Assembly (NCBI GenBank): GCA_016789445.1 | Contig: JAEUQT010000002.1 | Location: 8,052 to 72,051 of the forward strand | Reading direction: 5' to 3' | From: a bacterium | Lineage (GTDB): Bacteria > Patescibacteriota > Minisyncoccia > Phycocordibacterales > UBA2100 | Length of the DNA: 64,000 nt | Part shown: piece by piece, positions 27,000 through 38,150 of the stretch | How positions within the stretch are numbered: position 1 is the first letter of the stretch | Layout: every line of letters begins with the position of its first letter | Made by a program: the position numbers and the translations under genes | The notes under the pieces: generated by a model | What the model was told of the DNA's origin: nothing | Database searches by the model: none | Seen by the model: the letters and a program-made list of their open reading frames with translations, nothing else

Positions 27000-29384
27000 A
27001 TGAAAACGTGGCTTCGGGGCGCCGCGATCATGCCCCTCTTCCTTGGGACTTTCTCGATTGCGGAGGCGCTCGAAAGTCCACAGCCAATCGGATTCTTCTG
27101 CGGCAATGCGACAAGCTCGATTATTGCGAACCAGTTCTATATTCCCGACGGGCAGTGCACGTATCTCTCGCCGAAAATCACCGGTTCGCGCTACGGAGAC
27201 ATCTATCGTGGTGCGGTCGGTAGTTCGACTCTCGTAAATGGCCACTTGCTCGGCTTCAATGCCACGAGCTCTCCGCAATCTGGGGATGTAATACCGAACG
27301 GCGCACAGGGAGAGGATATATTAGTCGCGGTATTTCCGGCGCAATTCGTGAGCGAATTCAGGGCGTACTTCCAGACAGGAGCGGGGATTCCGCTATCGAA
27401 TAACTATGGATTCCTTCCTTTCAAGTGGGGAGTGCCGCCGGAATCAGAGCCAGAGGAGCCGGATCCGGTCATCATCATTCCCGGTATTCTTGGCTCACAG
27501 CAGGATGGTTCAGGGGAATGGGTAATCGATCCGATTCTGCATACCTATGATGACCTGATCGCCACGCTTGATGTCAATCACTACACCCCCGAAGTCGATC
27601 TATTCACCTTCCCATACAACTGGCGGAAATCGAATGTAGAGACGGCTGAGTTGCTGAAGCAGAAGATCGATGAGGTTAAATTGATATGTGGGTGTGAAAA
27701 AGTCGATCTCGTTGCGCATTCGATGGGAGGTCTCGTCGCGCGACAGTATATCCAGTCAGATTCCTACGAGCAGGATGTGGATCAGCTCATTTTCTTGGGT
27801 ACACCGCACCTCGGTGCTCCGAAAGCGTATTTGATGTGGGAGGCCGGCGAGTTCTCTCCTCTCGGTCTTCGGCCGGATTATATGGTTGATTCGATTATTG
27901 AATTGCTCTTACTATTCGAGGCAAAGGAGAAGGGATTTGAAGACGTATTTGCCTATATAAGGAATTCACCAATTGCATCAGTGAAAGAGCTACTCCCTAT
28001 TTATGGATACCTTTTTGAGGGGAATGTTTTGCGCGAGTATCCGAATGAATATCCCTTTAATCACTTCCTGGAAAATCTAGATAGTGAGAAAAATAAGCTT
28101 TACGAATCGGGCGTGGAAGTACACAATTTCGTGGGAAATATTGGAGGGAGCTCGATAAAAGGACTTGAGGTAGTGGCATCACAATCCCATTTTCCGAAGT
28201 GGGAACATGGGTATCCGAGTGTTTTTGATGCTCCGCTCGGGAACCATGGACTCATTTTAGGAGATGGTGATGGAACAGTGCCGTTAGAGAGCGCCTCGCA
28301 TATAAGCTTGAATTTAAGTGTTAATGCCTTTGAACACGGAGAAATGGTAACTGATGCCCAAGGGTCAATCTTCAATATTTTGACTGGAGACGATGCTAGC
28401 GTCTTGATTACCGACCAATCGGGACTCATACAAAATATCTTGCTATTCAAAATTCTTTCACCAGCTGATTTTATGGTTGTTGCTCCTGATGGGCGACGCA
28501 TTGGTAAAGATCCAACAACGAATGCTGAGATAAACGAGATACCAAACTCCTTCTATTCCGGGTTCCATACAGATACTGAATTTGTTGCCATCCCAAATGT
28601 GCTCGATGGGGAGTATAAAATTCTCATTCAAGGTACAGGCAGTGGCGAATATACAATTGAGACAAACTATATTAACGGTGCCACTACCACAGAAGGCTCA
28701 TACACTGAAGATACTTATCCAGGCCTAGTCACCGAGCTGAATCTTATAGTGAACAGCGAGATCCCCGAAGAAATTGAAATCACGGCCTCCGATACAATCC
28801 CCCCACTGATTTCAATAGTCTCGCCAGAGCCCAAGGATTATCTGCGCTCCACACAAATGCCGGTGGAAGTGATCGCGCAAGACGCATCTGGACTGTTCAT
28901 CCTCGAAACAAAGTTCGGCTCTACGACTATTCCAAATAGCGGAACTATTGATTTATTCTTCCAGAAACTCGGAACTTCCACGATTGTGGCCTCGTCTACC
29001 GATGTATTCGGAAATAGCACCACGACATCGCAATCTTTTCGCATAATCGCGACGGCAAGTAGTACCATTTCTGACTTCGAGCGTGCATACATGCTCGGCT
29101 GGATGACCAAGAAGACTTATGATGGATTGCGGCAGAAAATAAAGGGTATTCTGGTAGTGAGGAAGGTGATTAGGAATATTGTTCAGACGATCGTCGAGCC
29201 TGATCCAGGCGGCAAACAAACAACGAAGAAGGTGCAGAAGAAAGTCGAAGTATCCGAACAGGTACTAGATAAGCTTGCAGCCAAGGCTATCCTAAAGGAG
29301 TTGGATAAATATCGAGGAAAGGGGTTGGATGAGCGGGCATATCAATTACTAAAAGAAGACATCATTTGGTTAATAAATTATTAA
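27000..29384 (+). CDS. Secreted alpha/beta-hydrolase lipase/esterase (PGAP1/LCAT-like, nucleophile elbow AHSMGG) with a large beta-rich C-terminal region
   Basis: Signal peptide, a lipase-like core (IIIPGILGS...VDLVAHSMGGLVARQY...FLGTPHLGAP), then ~450 aa of Ig-like beta-domain sequence. The 3-prime half is strongly AT-rich compared with the 5-prime half. Confidence 0.65.
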   Translation: MKTWLRGAAIMPLFLGTFSIAEALESPQPIGFFCGNATSSIIANQFYIPDGQCTYLSPKITGSRYGDIYRGAVGSSTLVNGHLLGFNATSSPQSGDVIPNGAQGEDILVAVFPAQFVSEFRAYFQTGAGIPLSNNYGFLPFKWGVPPESEPEEPDPVIIIPGILGSQQDGSGEWVIDPILHTYDDLIATLDVNHYTPEVDLFTFPYNWRKSNVETAELLKQKIDEVKLICGCEKVDLVAHSMGGLVARQYIQSDSYEQDVDQLIFLGTPHLGAPKAYLMWEAGEFSPLGLRPDYMVDSIIELLLLFEAKEKGFEDVFAYIRNSPIASVKELLPIYGYLFEGNVLREYPNEYPFNHFLENLDSEKNKLYESGVEVHNFVGNIGGSSIKGLEVVASQSHFPKWEHGYPSVFDAPLGNHGLILGDGDGTVPLESASHISLNLSVNAFEHGEMVTDAQGSIFNILTGDDASVLITDQSGLIQNILLFKILSPADFMVVAPDGRRIGKDPTTNAEINEIPNSFYSGFHTDTEFVAIPNVLDGEYKILIQGTGSGEYTIETNYINGATTTEGSYTEDTYPGLVTELNLIVNSEIPEEIEITASDTIPPLISIVSPEPKDYLRSTQMPVEVIAQDASGLFILETKFGSTTIPNSGTIDLFFQKLGTSTIVASSTDVFGNSTTTSQSFRIIATASSTISDFERAYMLGWMTKKTYDGLRQKIKGILVVRKVIRNIVQTIVEPDPGGKQTTKKVQKKVEVSEQVLDKLAAKAILKELDKYRGKGLDERAYQLLKEDIIWLINY

Positions 29385-29386
29385 AT

Positions 29387-29605
29387 ATGATTGACGCAAT
29401 CGGTTTGACTGACGCGCTTCTTGGGCTGGCCGTGTGGTGTAGTTCCGCCTTCTTTGTTCTATCACTTCTGCTTTTTCGTTTTCTGCTGAAAAAGAGTGTT
29501 GCGAACTCAATTTTAATGAGTATTGCAGTAGGGCTGATCGGTGCAATAAGCTCACCGTTCCTTTTTTATGCGTACATAAAACTCATTGGGTATTCCTTGA
29601 TTTAA
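29387..29605 (+). CDS. Hypothetical small two-helix membrane protein
   Basis: Hydrophobic 72-79-aa ORF in an AT-rich segment directly after the lipase gene. Weak evidence. Confidence 0.3.
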   Translation: MIDAIGLTDALLGLAVWCSSAFFVLSLLLFRFLLKKSVANSILMSIAVGLIGAISSPFLFYAYIKLIGYSLI

Positions 29606-29676
29606 GACTAGATAGTTTTTGACCGAGGTCGAAGGGAGGGCTGCCAAAAGACATTGTATAATCCAAGTAAGGGAAT

Positions 29677-29868
29677 ATGGGCGCTGCGGTAAATTCGTTC
29701 TTCAGATTCGTACTGGGATTCAGTCTCTTTGTGGCCGCTTCTCTTGGGCTAGCGTTTACGGTCTCGACGTATGCCATGAAGAAGGATAGGGAAGAGCAGA
29801 CCGCTGCTGCGTTCAAGGCGATGCTCAATCAGCCAGAGGAGACTGCGTGGTGGGAGGTGTGGAAATAG
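29677..29868 (+). CDS. Hypothetical small membrane protein (63 aa)
   Basis: One TM helix, followed immediately by a hairpin terminator. Confidence 0.4.
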   Translation: MGAAVNSFFRFVLGFSLFVAASLGLAFTVSTYAMKKDREEQTAAAFKAMLNQPEETAWWEVWK

Positions 29869-29869
29869 A

Positions 29870-29901
29870 AAAACCGATGCCATGTGGCATCGGTGTTGTT
29901 T
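29870..29901. terminator. Bidirectional terminator (AAAACCGATGCC-atgt-GGCATCGGTGTTGTTT)
   Basis: Perfect 8-9-bp stem with flanking A-tract and T-tract, lying between convergent small ORFs. Confidence 0.55.
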
Positions 29902-30118
29902 AGGCAGGGAATTTGACCCCGTGACTTTCGAAGAGCTTGCGGATGATCTGCAGGTGATTCGGCTTTGTATTGTAGAACCGCTGGATCGACTTGCCGAGAA
30001 CGCAGAGCGTCTCGTTGTGTTCAACCGAGCCTTTGCCGAACTTGCCCTCTATCGCCTGAGCCAGCTTCGTTTCCGCTTGTGAGAGTTGGTAGGGCGCTAA
30101 TTCCGTGGAATCAAGCAT
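29900..30118 (-). CDS. Hypothetical small helical protein (72 aa)
   Basis: Protein-like composition and it ends at the bidirectional terminator. The overlapping + strand ORF looks less protein-like. Low confidence. Confidence 0.35.
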   Translation of the reverse strand: MLDSTELAPYQLSQAETKLAQAIEGKFGKGSVEHNETLCVLGKSIQRFYNTKPNHLQIIRKLFESHGVKFPA

Positions 30119-30124
30119 TACGCA

Positions 30125-30305
30125 TTACTCCTGTGTTTTACCTCGAGCACGGTACCACGCCCCTCCTTTACAGACAACCGCTGGCGTAGTAGAGTCTTCC
30201 CCAAGGGCCAGAGACAGCGGGCACACAGGTAAGTCCCGCCGAGGTCGAACTATCCTTCTTCGAAGGAGAACTCGGGCCCATTTATAAGGGTCTTTTTGTT
30301 TGGAA
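30125..30305 (+). promoter_or_regulatory. Structured 5-prime leader upstream of rplJ (candidate L10 leader autoregulatory element)
   Basis: A ~180-nt non-coding GC-rich region with long-range complementarity (GGGCCAGAG...CTCGGGCCC) directly upstream of rplJ. Many bacteria have an L10(L12)4-binding leader at this position. Not verified against a covariance model. Confidence 0.4.
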
Positions 30306-30309
30306 ACAT

Positions 30310-30819
30310 ATGGCACAGACGAAGCAGCAGAAAGTAGAGATCGTCTCGAAGCTCGAGACTGCGTTCAAGAACGCAGCCACGTCGGTTCTCATCCACTTCA
30401 AGGGGGTGAACATCGGCGAGGAGACCGCGATGCGCCGTGAACTCCGTCAGGCAGGTGTTACGTACACCGTGGCGAAGAAGACGCTCATCAAGCGTGCGCT
30501 CGCATCGCTCGGTCACGAAACCGAGGGCGTGCCGATGGAAGGGGAAGTAGCGCTTGCGTACGGCGGCAACGACGACGCGACCGCACCAGCCCGCCTCATC
30601 CATGAATTCGGAAAGAAGTACCAGACGGCGGATAAGAAGCCAAAGCTTCACATCCTCGGCGGTATCTTCGAAGGTAAGCTTGTCGACCAGGCGATGATGC
30701 GAGAGATCGCAACCATCCCGTCGATGGCAGGCCTGCGTGGCATGTTCGCGAACGTGATCAACAGCCCGATCCAGCGTTTCGCAATCGCGATGGCGGAAGT
30801 GGCGAAGACGAAGAATTAA
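30310..30819 (+). CDS. rplJ: 50S ribosomal protein L10
   Basis: Conserved L10 N-terminal and central motifs, followed by rplL. Confidence 0.9.
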   Translation: MAQTKQQKVEIVSKLETAFKNAATSVLIHFKGVNIGEETAMRRELRQAGVTYTVAKKTLIKRALASLGHETEGVPMEGEVALAYGGNDDATAPARLIHEFGKKYQTADKKPKLHILGGIFEGKLVDQAMMREIATIPSMAGLRGMFANVINSPIQRFAIAMAEVAKTKN

Positions 30820-30837
30820 TCAATCAACTATCAAGGT

Positions 30838-31194
30838 ATGACACAGGAACAGATCATCGAAGCAGTAGAGAAGATGACCGTCCTCGAGCTCAACACGCTC
30901 GTGAAGGCGATCGAAGAGAAGTGGGGCGTTTCTGCAACTGCAGTTGCAGCAGCAGGTCCGGCAGCGGCAGCGGGCGAGGAGAAGACCTCGTTCACCGTCG
31001 AACTCACCGCAGCAGGCGACCAGAAGGTTGCAGTCATCAAGGTAGTGAAGGAAGCACTCAACCTCGGTCTCGCGGAAGCGAAGGCATTCGTGGACGGTGC
31101 TCCGAAGGTTCTCAAGGAGGACATGAAGAAGGAGGAAGCCGACGAGCTCAAGACGAAGCTCGAAGGAGCAGGAGCAAAAGTTACCATCAAGTAA
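30838..31194 (+). CDS. rplL: 50S ribosomal protein L7/L12
   Basis: N-terminal dimerisation helix, Ala/Gly/Pro hinge, and C-terminal domain (VIK.V...L.L.EAK..VDGAPK.LKE...KEEA.ELK.KLE.AGAKV). Confidence 0.9.
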   Translation: MTQEQIIEAVEKMTVLELNTLVKAIEEKWGVSATAVAAAGPAAAAGEEKTSFTVELTAAGDQKVAVIKVVKEALNLGLAEAKAFVDGAPKVLKEDMKKEEADELKTKLEGAGAKVTIK

Positions 31195-31273
31195 CTTTTG
31201 CGAGTGCTCGGGAAGAGTCGGGTGAGCCGTGGGTTAAGGAGCGGCGTAAAGAGTTTCCCGTCTCGGAGAGCAG

Positions 31274-31303
31274 AAAAAGATCCGCACCAGCGGATCTTTT
31301 TCG
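31274..31303 (+). terminator. Rho-independent terminator (AAAAAGATCCGC-acca-GCGGATCTTTTTCG)
   Basis: Perfect stem plus T-tract, 80 nt after the rplL stop. Confidence 0.6.
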
Positions 31304-31307
31304 TTGA

Positions 31308-31370
31308 GAACCGAGGGTTCTCAAGGAGGAGCTTGCGACGACTGTTGGTGCGAAGGTCACGATCAAGTAA
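31308..31370 (+). pseudogene. Diverged duplicate of the rplL 3-prime end (encodes ...PRVLKEELATTVGAKVTIK*)
   Basis: GGTTCTCAAGGAGGA is identical to rplL positions ~31098-31112. The terminal GAKVTIK-stop is encoded with five synonymous codon differences from the real rplL end. It is followed by its own terminator. Confidence 0.5.
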
Positions 31371-31391
31371 TCTCTCGTATCAAAAAGAGAA

Positions 31392-31423
31392 GCGCCCGAC
31401 GATGTGTCGGGCGCTTTTCGTTT
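31392..31423. terminator. Bidirectional terminator (GCGCCCGAC-gatgt-GTCGGGCGCTTTTCGTTT)
   Basis: Perfect 9-bp stem. It ends the rplL-remnant unit on the + strand and abuts the stop of the minus-strand receiver-like gene. Confidence 0.6.
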
Positions 31424-31826
31424 ACGCTGCTTTCTGGTGATCGCGTGAAAGCTCTTGAAAGATCAGCCCTGCTTGCTGGCATATGTTCAATCGCAGCTCT
31501 TGCTCCGTATCACCCGATGCGAAGAAATTACAGCCTGCGACCTGACAGGCGAAGGCCCCCTCATTCGTTGCATAGGCTTCAAACACGATCATCGGGTTTC
31601 CGAATTCTCTGCGGATCTTTCGGACAAGTCGCGCTGTTTCTCGTCCGTTCCCGCAAAAATTCGCATCCACTACGATGATGTCGGTATCAAGCATCTCGGT
31701 CCATCGCCAGCGAAGATTTAAAGGCGATCTCGACCTCTCGACATGGTCGATCCCGAAACGTCTCAAATTCTCCGAAAGCATGTTCCCGAATGAGCCTTCG
31801 GGTGCAAGCAAAAGAACTTTTTCCAC
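31422..31826 (-). CDS. Stand-alone atypical (pseudo-)receiver domain protein
   Basis: REC-like beta-alpha fold with the phospho-acceptor Asp (IIVVDANF), but it lacks the N-terminal acidic pair (LLLAPEG) and the conserved Thr/Lys. Start reassigned to a GTG at 31826, preceded by AAGGAG at 7-nt spacing. The tabulated ORF extends to an ATG at 31889. Confidence 0.5.
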   Translation of the reverse strand: MEKVLLLAPEGSFGNMLSENLRRFGIDHVERSRSPLNLRWRWTEMLDTDIIVVDANFCGNGRETARLVRKIRREFGNPMIVFEAYATNEGAFACQVAGCNFFASGDTEQELRLNICQQAGLIFQELSRDHQKAA

Positions 31827-31941
31827 CGCGTATCTCCTTTCTGAAGAGTGCGAGGATCGAACAATACAACGATAATGCGGGTCAAGCAAGGAGATTTTTT
31901 ACCAGAAAATCACCTCATGCTACAATCCGCTTACTACGGAT

Positions 31942-32544
31942 ATGACGAAAGCTCACGATTTCTTGGAGGCAGTACTAGGGAACCCGTCCCGAGCCAAGAT
32001 ACTGAGACTCTTCGTCCTCCACCCGAAAGAGACGTTCACGCCGGCCGAGATCGCGCGCCGCGCGAAAGTGGGTGCGCACAGCGTGAACACGGAAGTGGAA
32101 TCGCTCAAGAAGACCGGACTCCTGAAGGAAGAGAAAGGACAGGGTTCGACTGCACGTAAGAAGATCTCATACTATTCGCTCAATCCTGAGTGCAAGCAGC
32201 TGAACGCCGTCACCACGTTCGTGCACGCGGTTTCTCCCGCGCAGTACAACGACGTCGAAGCTGCGCTTCGTCGCGCAGGACGTATGTCGGTGGTGCTCCT
32301 TTCTGGTGTGTTCACGGGAGACATCACACGTCCGGCGGATCTCATCATCGTCGCGGATACTTTAAACGACGAGCGCTTGGAGAAGGCAGTGAAATCATTC
32401 GAATCGAAATACGGGAGGGAGGTGCGCTACGCCGTTTTCTCGACGCCGGAATTCCGTTATCGCCTCACGATCAAGGATAAGATCTTGCGCGATATCCTGG
32501 ACTACCCGCATCGGGTGCTCATCAACCGCACCAACTACCTCTAG
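31942..32544 (+). CDS. Winged-HTH plus nucleotidyltransferase-fold-like protein (hypothetical regulator)
   Basis: N-terminal wHTH (SRAKILRLFVLHPKETFTPAEIARRAKVGAHSVNTEVESLKKTGLL). The C-terminal region has a minimal-nucleotidyltransferase-like GS...D.D signature (LLSGVFTGDITRPADLIIVAD). Divergent from the pseudo-receiver gene. Confidence 0.5.
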   Translation: MTKAHDFLEAVLGNPSRAKILRLFVLHPKETFTPAEIARRAKVGAHSVNTEVESLKKTGLLKEEKGQGSTARKKISYYSLNPECKQLNAVTTFVHAVSPAQYNDVEAALRRAGRMSVVLLSGVFTGDITRPADLIIVADTLNDERLEKAVKSFESKYGREVRYAVFSTPEFRYRLTIKDKILRDILDYPHRVLINRTNYL

Positions 32545-32659
32545 AGCCTATCCACACTGCGCGTACTTACCGCACCGCAAAAAGCAGGGGGTTGCTATCA
32601 TGAAGACACTCTTCGGTCGAAGACTTTTAATAATTACTAGTGATAGTACCTAGGTATAT

Positions 32660-33352
32660 ATGATAGTTGCACAATCAGCGGCGACTCTGCAGGGTTCGTT
32701 CAATGATGTGTGGTTCACGGTCGTCACGTTCGTTCCGGCGATACTCGCAGCCGCGGTGATCTTCATCATCGGCTGGATCGTAGGAATGATCTTGGCAAAG
32801 GTGATCGAACAGGTGGTCGACGTCCTCCGCATCGACGATGCTCTCAAGGCATCGGGCGTGCATGAGGCAGTCAAAGACGCCGGATTCAATCTCCATGCAG
32901 GACGCCTTCTCGGCAGCCTCGTGAAGTGGTTCATCATCGTCGTGTTCCTCATCGCATCGCTTGAAGTACTCGGCTTGGTCCGCGTCACGATGTTCTTGCA
33001 GCAGGTGGTCTTGTACTACCTCCCGCAGGTCATCGTCGCGGTCCTCATCATCATCCTTGCGGCGATCGTCGCAGAGGTGGTGCGCAACTTGGTCATCGGA
33101 TCCGCTCGTGCTGCTGGCGTTCGTCAGGCGCACCTCGCAGGCTCCGTCGCCAAGTGGGCGATCTGGATCTTCGCAGTCTTGGCTGCGCTCAACCAGCTCG
33201 GCATCGCGGCGGCTTTCTGGCAGACGCTCTTCACGGGTATCGTGGTCGCGCTCTCCCTTGCATTCGGCTTGGCCTTCGGCCTTGGCGGCAAGGAGGCAGC
33301 GGCTCGTACCATCGAGCGCCTCCGTTCAGAGACTCTGCATCACGACAAATAA
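32660..33352 (+). CDS. Membrane protein with conserved TM-helix repeats (MscS-related/CmpX-like)
   Basis: 230 aa with four to five TM helices and the repeated motif pattern of the conserved-TM-helix family (..L....G.I.........L). Confidence 0.5.
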   Translation: MIVAQSAATLQGSFNDVWFTVVTFVPAILAAAVIFIIGWIVGMILAKVIEQVVDVLRIDDALKASGVHEAVKDAGFNLHAGRLLGSLVKWFIIVVFLIASLEVLGLVRVTMFLQQVVLYYLPQVIVAVLIIILAAIVAEVVRNLVIGSARAAGVRQAHLAGSVAKWAIWIFAVLAALNQLGIAAAFWQTLFTGIVVALSLAFGLAFGLGGKEAAARTIERLRSETLHHDK

Positions 33353-33380
33353 GGCCCAATACCTTGGGTTTTCGGCTCTT

Positions 33381-33498
33381 CACCCCGCCTTCAGGCGGGG
33401 TGAATCCGTAGGGTGAGACGGGGTCGGGGCCCCGTCGCAAGGCCGGAGTCTGCCTCGGGCAGACGAGGCGGGGTCGCGCAATTCGCCAGCAGGCGAAT
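33381..33498 (+). other. Array of four consecutive GC-rich stem-loops, structured RNA or multi-hairpin terminator
   Basis: CACCCCGCC-ttca-GGCGGGGTG (33381-33402), GACGGGG-n-CCCCGTC (33418-33436), GTCTGCC-tcg-GGCAGAC (33447-33463) and ATTCGCC-agca-GGCGAAT (33481-33498). It lies between the stop of the TM-helix-repeat gene and the rRNA promoter. There are no spacer-repeat regularities, so it is not a CRISPR array. Confidence 0.4.
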
Positions 33499-33563
33499 AT
33501 GTGTGACCGGAAGGCCCATTTTATCCACATTTTATGCCCAGATTCGGCCATTTCGGCTCCCGC

Positions 33564-33592
33564 TTGACGGGTGGTAGACGGACGTATATACT
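33564..33592 (+). promoter_or_regulatory. rRNA operon promoter TTGACG-N17-TATACT with an AT-rich upstream (UP-like) tract
   Basis: -35 at 33564-33569 and -10 at 33587-33592. The 16S promoter at 47279-47306 is nearly identical. About 350 nt upstream of the mature 23S 5-prime end. Confidence 0.5.
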
Positions 33593-33944
33593 CCGCCTTA
33601 CATATGGGACTTAAGCAGATGCAAAAGAAGTGGCGTGGATAGCCAGATTTTTTCTGTCCTTCCGATTGCCGCTTCCGAGCGGCTTTTTTTGTACCCGTGT
33701 GTAGCTCGTTGACAACTGAAGAACGACATCAAATTCAGCGTAGAGCCGCAAGGCTTTGCGTTGAGAAAGAAAACGAAAGAATCAAATGTTCTTATTTCTG
33801 GTTACAAGTCTCCAGAAATAAGATCAGGAACCTTCTTCCGAAAGGAAGGAGGCTTGTAGGACACCAAAACCTTCGTATCCTCTGCACTAGACATGCATGA
33901 TGCGAAGTAAAAGAACACGCGGTTCCCAGAATTCTCATAACGAG

Positions 33945-36895
<2,951 letters not shown>

Positions 36896-37170
36896 CGTTA
36901 GGGAATTGTGGGTATCCGTGTTCGCACGGTGTCCAACGCAAGTCTTTCGTTTTTGATGGTGTCGTTCTTCAGTTGCCAAAGGGCATGATCTTTTAGATAT
37001 TCGTGGATTTCAGAGAGGAAAGTCGCATGACTTCTCCTCGGCGGGGGTGAGGGATAGGCTCACACATTGGACATCTGTCCACTTCGGTCGGGCTAAGTTC
37101 CTCTATGAAGGGCAATGCTCTCTCCCCGCTCTTCTCTGAAATCCATGAATACTTAGACTATTGAAGATTC

Positions 37171-37281
37171 TGTGTTGGTGGTTTGGCGAAGGGGGTACAC
37201 CCGTTCTCATTCCGAACACGGCAGTTAAGCCCTTCTGCGCCGATGGTAGTCGAAAGGCGAGAGTAGGTCGCCGCCAACACA
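37171..37281 (+). rRNA. rrf: 5S ribosomal RNA
   Basis: CCCGTTCTCATTCCGAACACGGCAGTTAAGCCC...GCCGATGGTAGT, with terminal helix TGTGTTGGTGG/CCGCCAACACA. Confidence 0.85.
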
Positions 37282-37295
37282 GAGTTTTCAAATCC

Positions 37296-37322
37296 GAAGC
37301 CGCCGCGAGGCGGCTTTTGGCT
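37296..37322 (+). terminator. Terminator after 5S (GAAGCCGCC-gcga-GGCGGCTTTTGGCTTT)
   Basis: Perfect stem plus a T-rich tail 15 nt after 5S. Confidence 0.5.
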
Positions 37323-37338
37323 TTATACTGTTTGATAT

Positions 37339-38124
37339 ATGTCCTGGGCTTCTCGCAGGCGTTTCGCATACATCTTCAGCTTTCTCGTGATCGTGGGCTC
37401 TCTCACGCTCATCCCGCTCGCGATGTATCTCTACGAGCCAGGGGATTGCTTCGACGGGAAAATGAATAACGGCGAGACCGCGATCGATAAGGGTGGAAGC
37501 TGTCGCTTGCTCGATGAGCGTGCACTCCTGCCGACGACGATCGTATGGTCGCGCGCGATGCCGGTGCGAATGCCGGGTGCGGAGCAGGGAAGTTTCAGTG
37601 CCGTCGCGTATGTCGAGAATCCGAATGTCGGTGCGGGTGTCATGGAGGCACCGTACATCTTCCGCCTCTATGATGAGAACAATGTGTTGGTCGCAGAAGT
37701 CGAAGGCGTGACGCCGATCATCCCTGGCAATGTGACGCCGGTTTTCGTCGGTGGCATCAATACCGGTTTCCGCAAAGCGACGCGCGCATTCTTCGAATTC
37801 ACGGCGCCCTTGGTGTGGCAGCGCCTGTATGATGCGACCGAGCCGATCACGGTCCCGACGAAAGAGATCGTGAATGCAAATACCGAACCGCGCCTCAATG
37901 CGGTTATCAGGAATGGCTCCGTCGTCGACCTCAAGAACACGCAGTTCGTCGCCATCGTCTTCGATACGGCAGGGAACGCGTTTGCCGGCTCTGCGACTGA
38001 AGTGCAGTTCCTCGAGCGTGGTAAGCAGATGGATGTCGCCTTTACGTGGCAGGATCCCTTCCCGTATCTTCCGGGCCGCATTGATGTCCTTCCGATCATG
38101 AAGCCCCTCATGGAGCCGCGCTAG
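37339..38124 (+). CDS. Hypothetical membrane-anchored extracytoplasmic protein
   Basis: N-terminal TM helix and a 230-aa soluble beta-rich domain. A TATACT hexamer sits 9 nt upstream of the ATG. The 309-aa minus-strand ORF over the same region looks like a GC-rich antisense shadow. Confidence 0.55.
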   Translation: MSWASRRRFAYIFSFLVIVGSLTLIPLAMYLYEPGDCFDGKMNNGETAIDKGGSCRLLDERALLPTTIVWSRAMPVRMPGAEQGSFSAVAYVENPNVGAGVMEAPYIFRLYDENNVLVAEVEGVTPIIPGNVTPVFVGGINTGFRKATRAFFEFTAPLVWQRLYDATEPITVPTKEIVNANTEPRLNAVIRNGSVVDLKNTQFVAIVFDTAGNAFAGSATEVQFLERGKQMDVAFTWQDPFPYLPGRIDVLPIMKPLMEPR

Positions 38125-38150
38125 CGCGCAGAGCCCCGCTGCGGCAGAAT

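Noticed and set aside
33381-33498. CRISPR array
   Set aside because: The four hairpins differ in sequence and spacing, with no repeat-spacer periodicity. No cas genes are in the window. No CRISPR array is present anywhere in the 64 kb.
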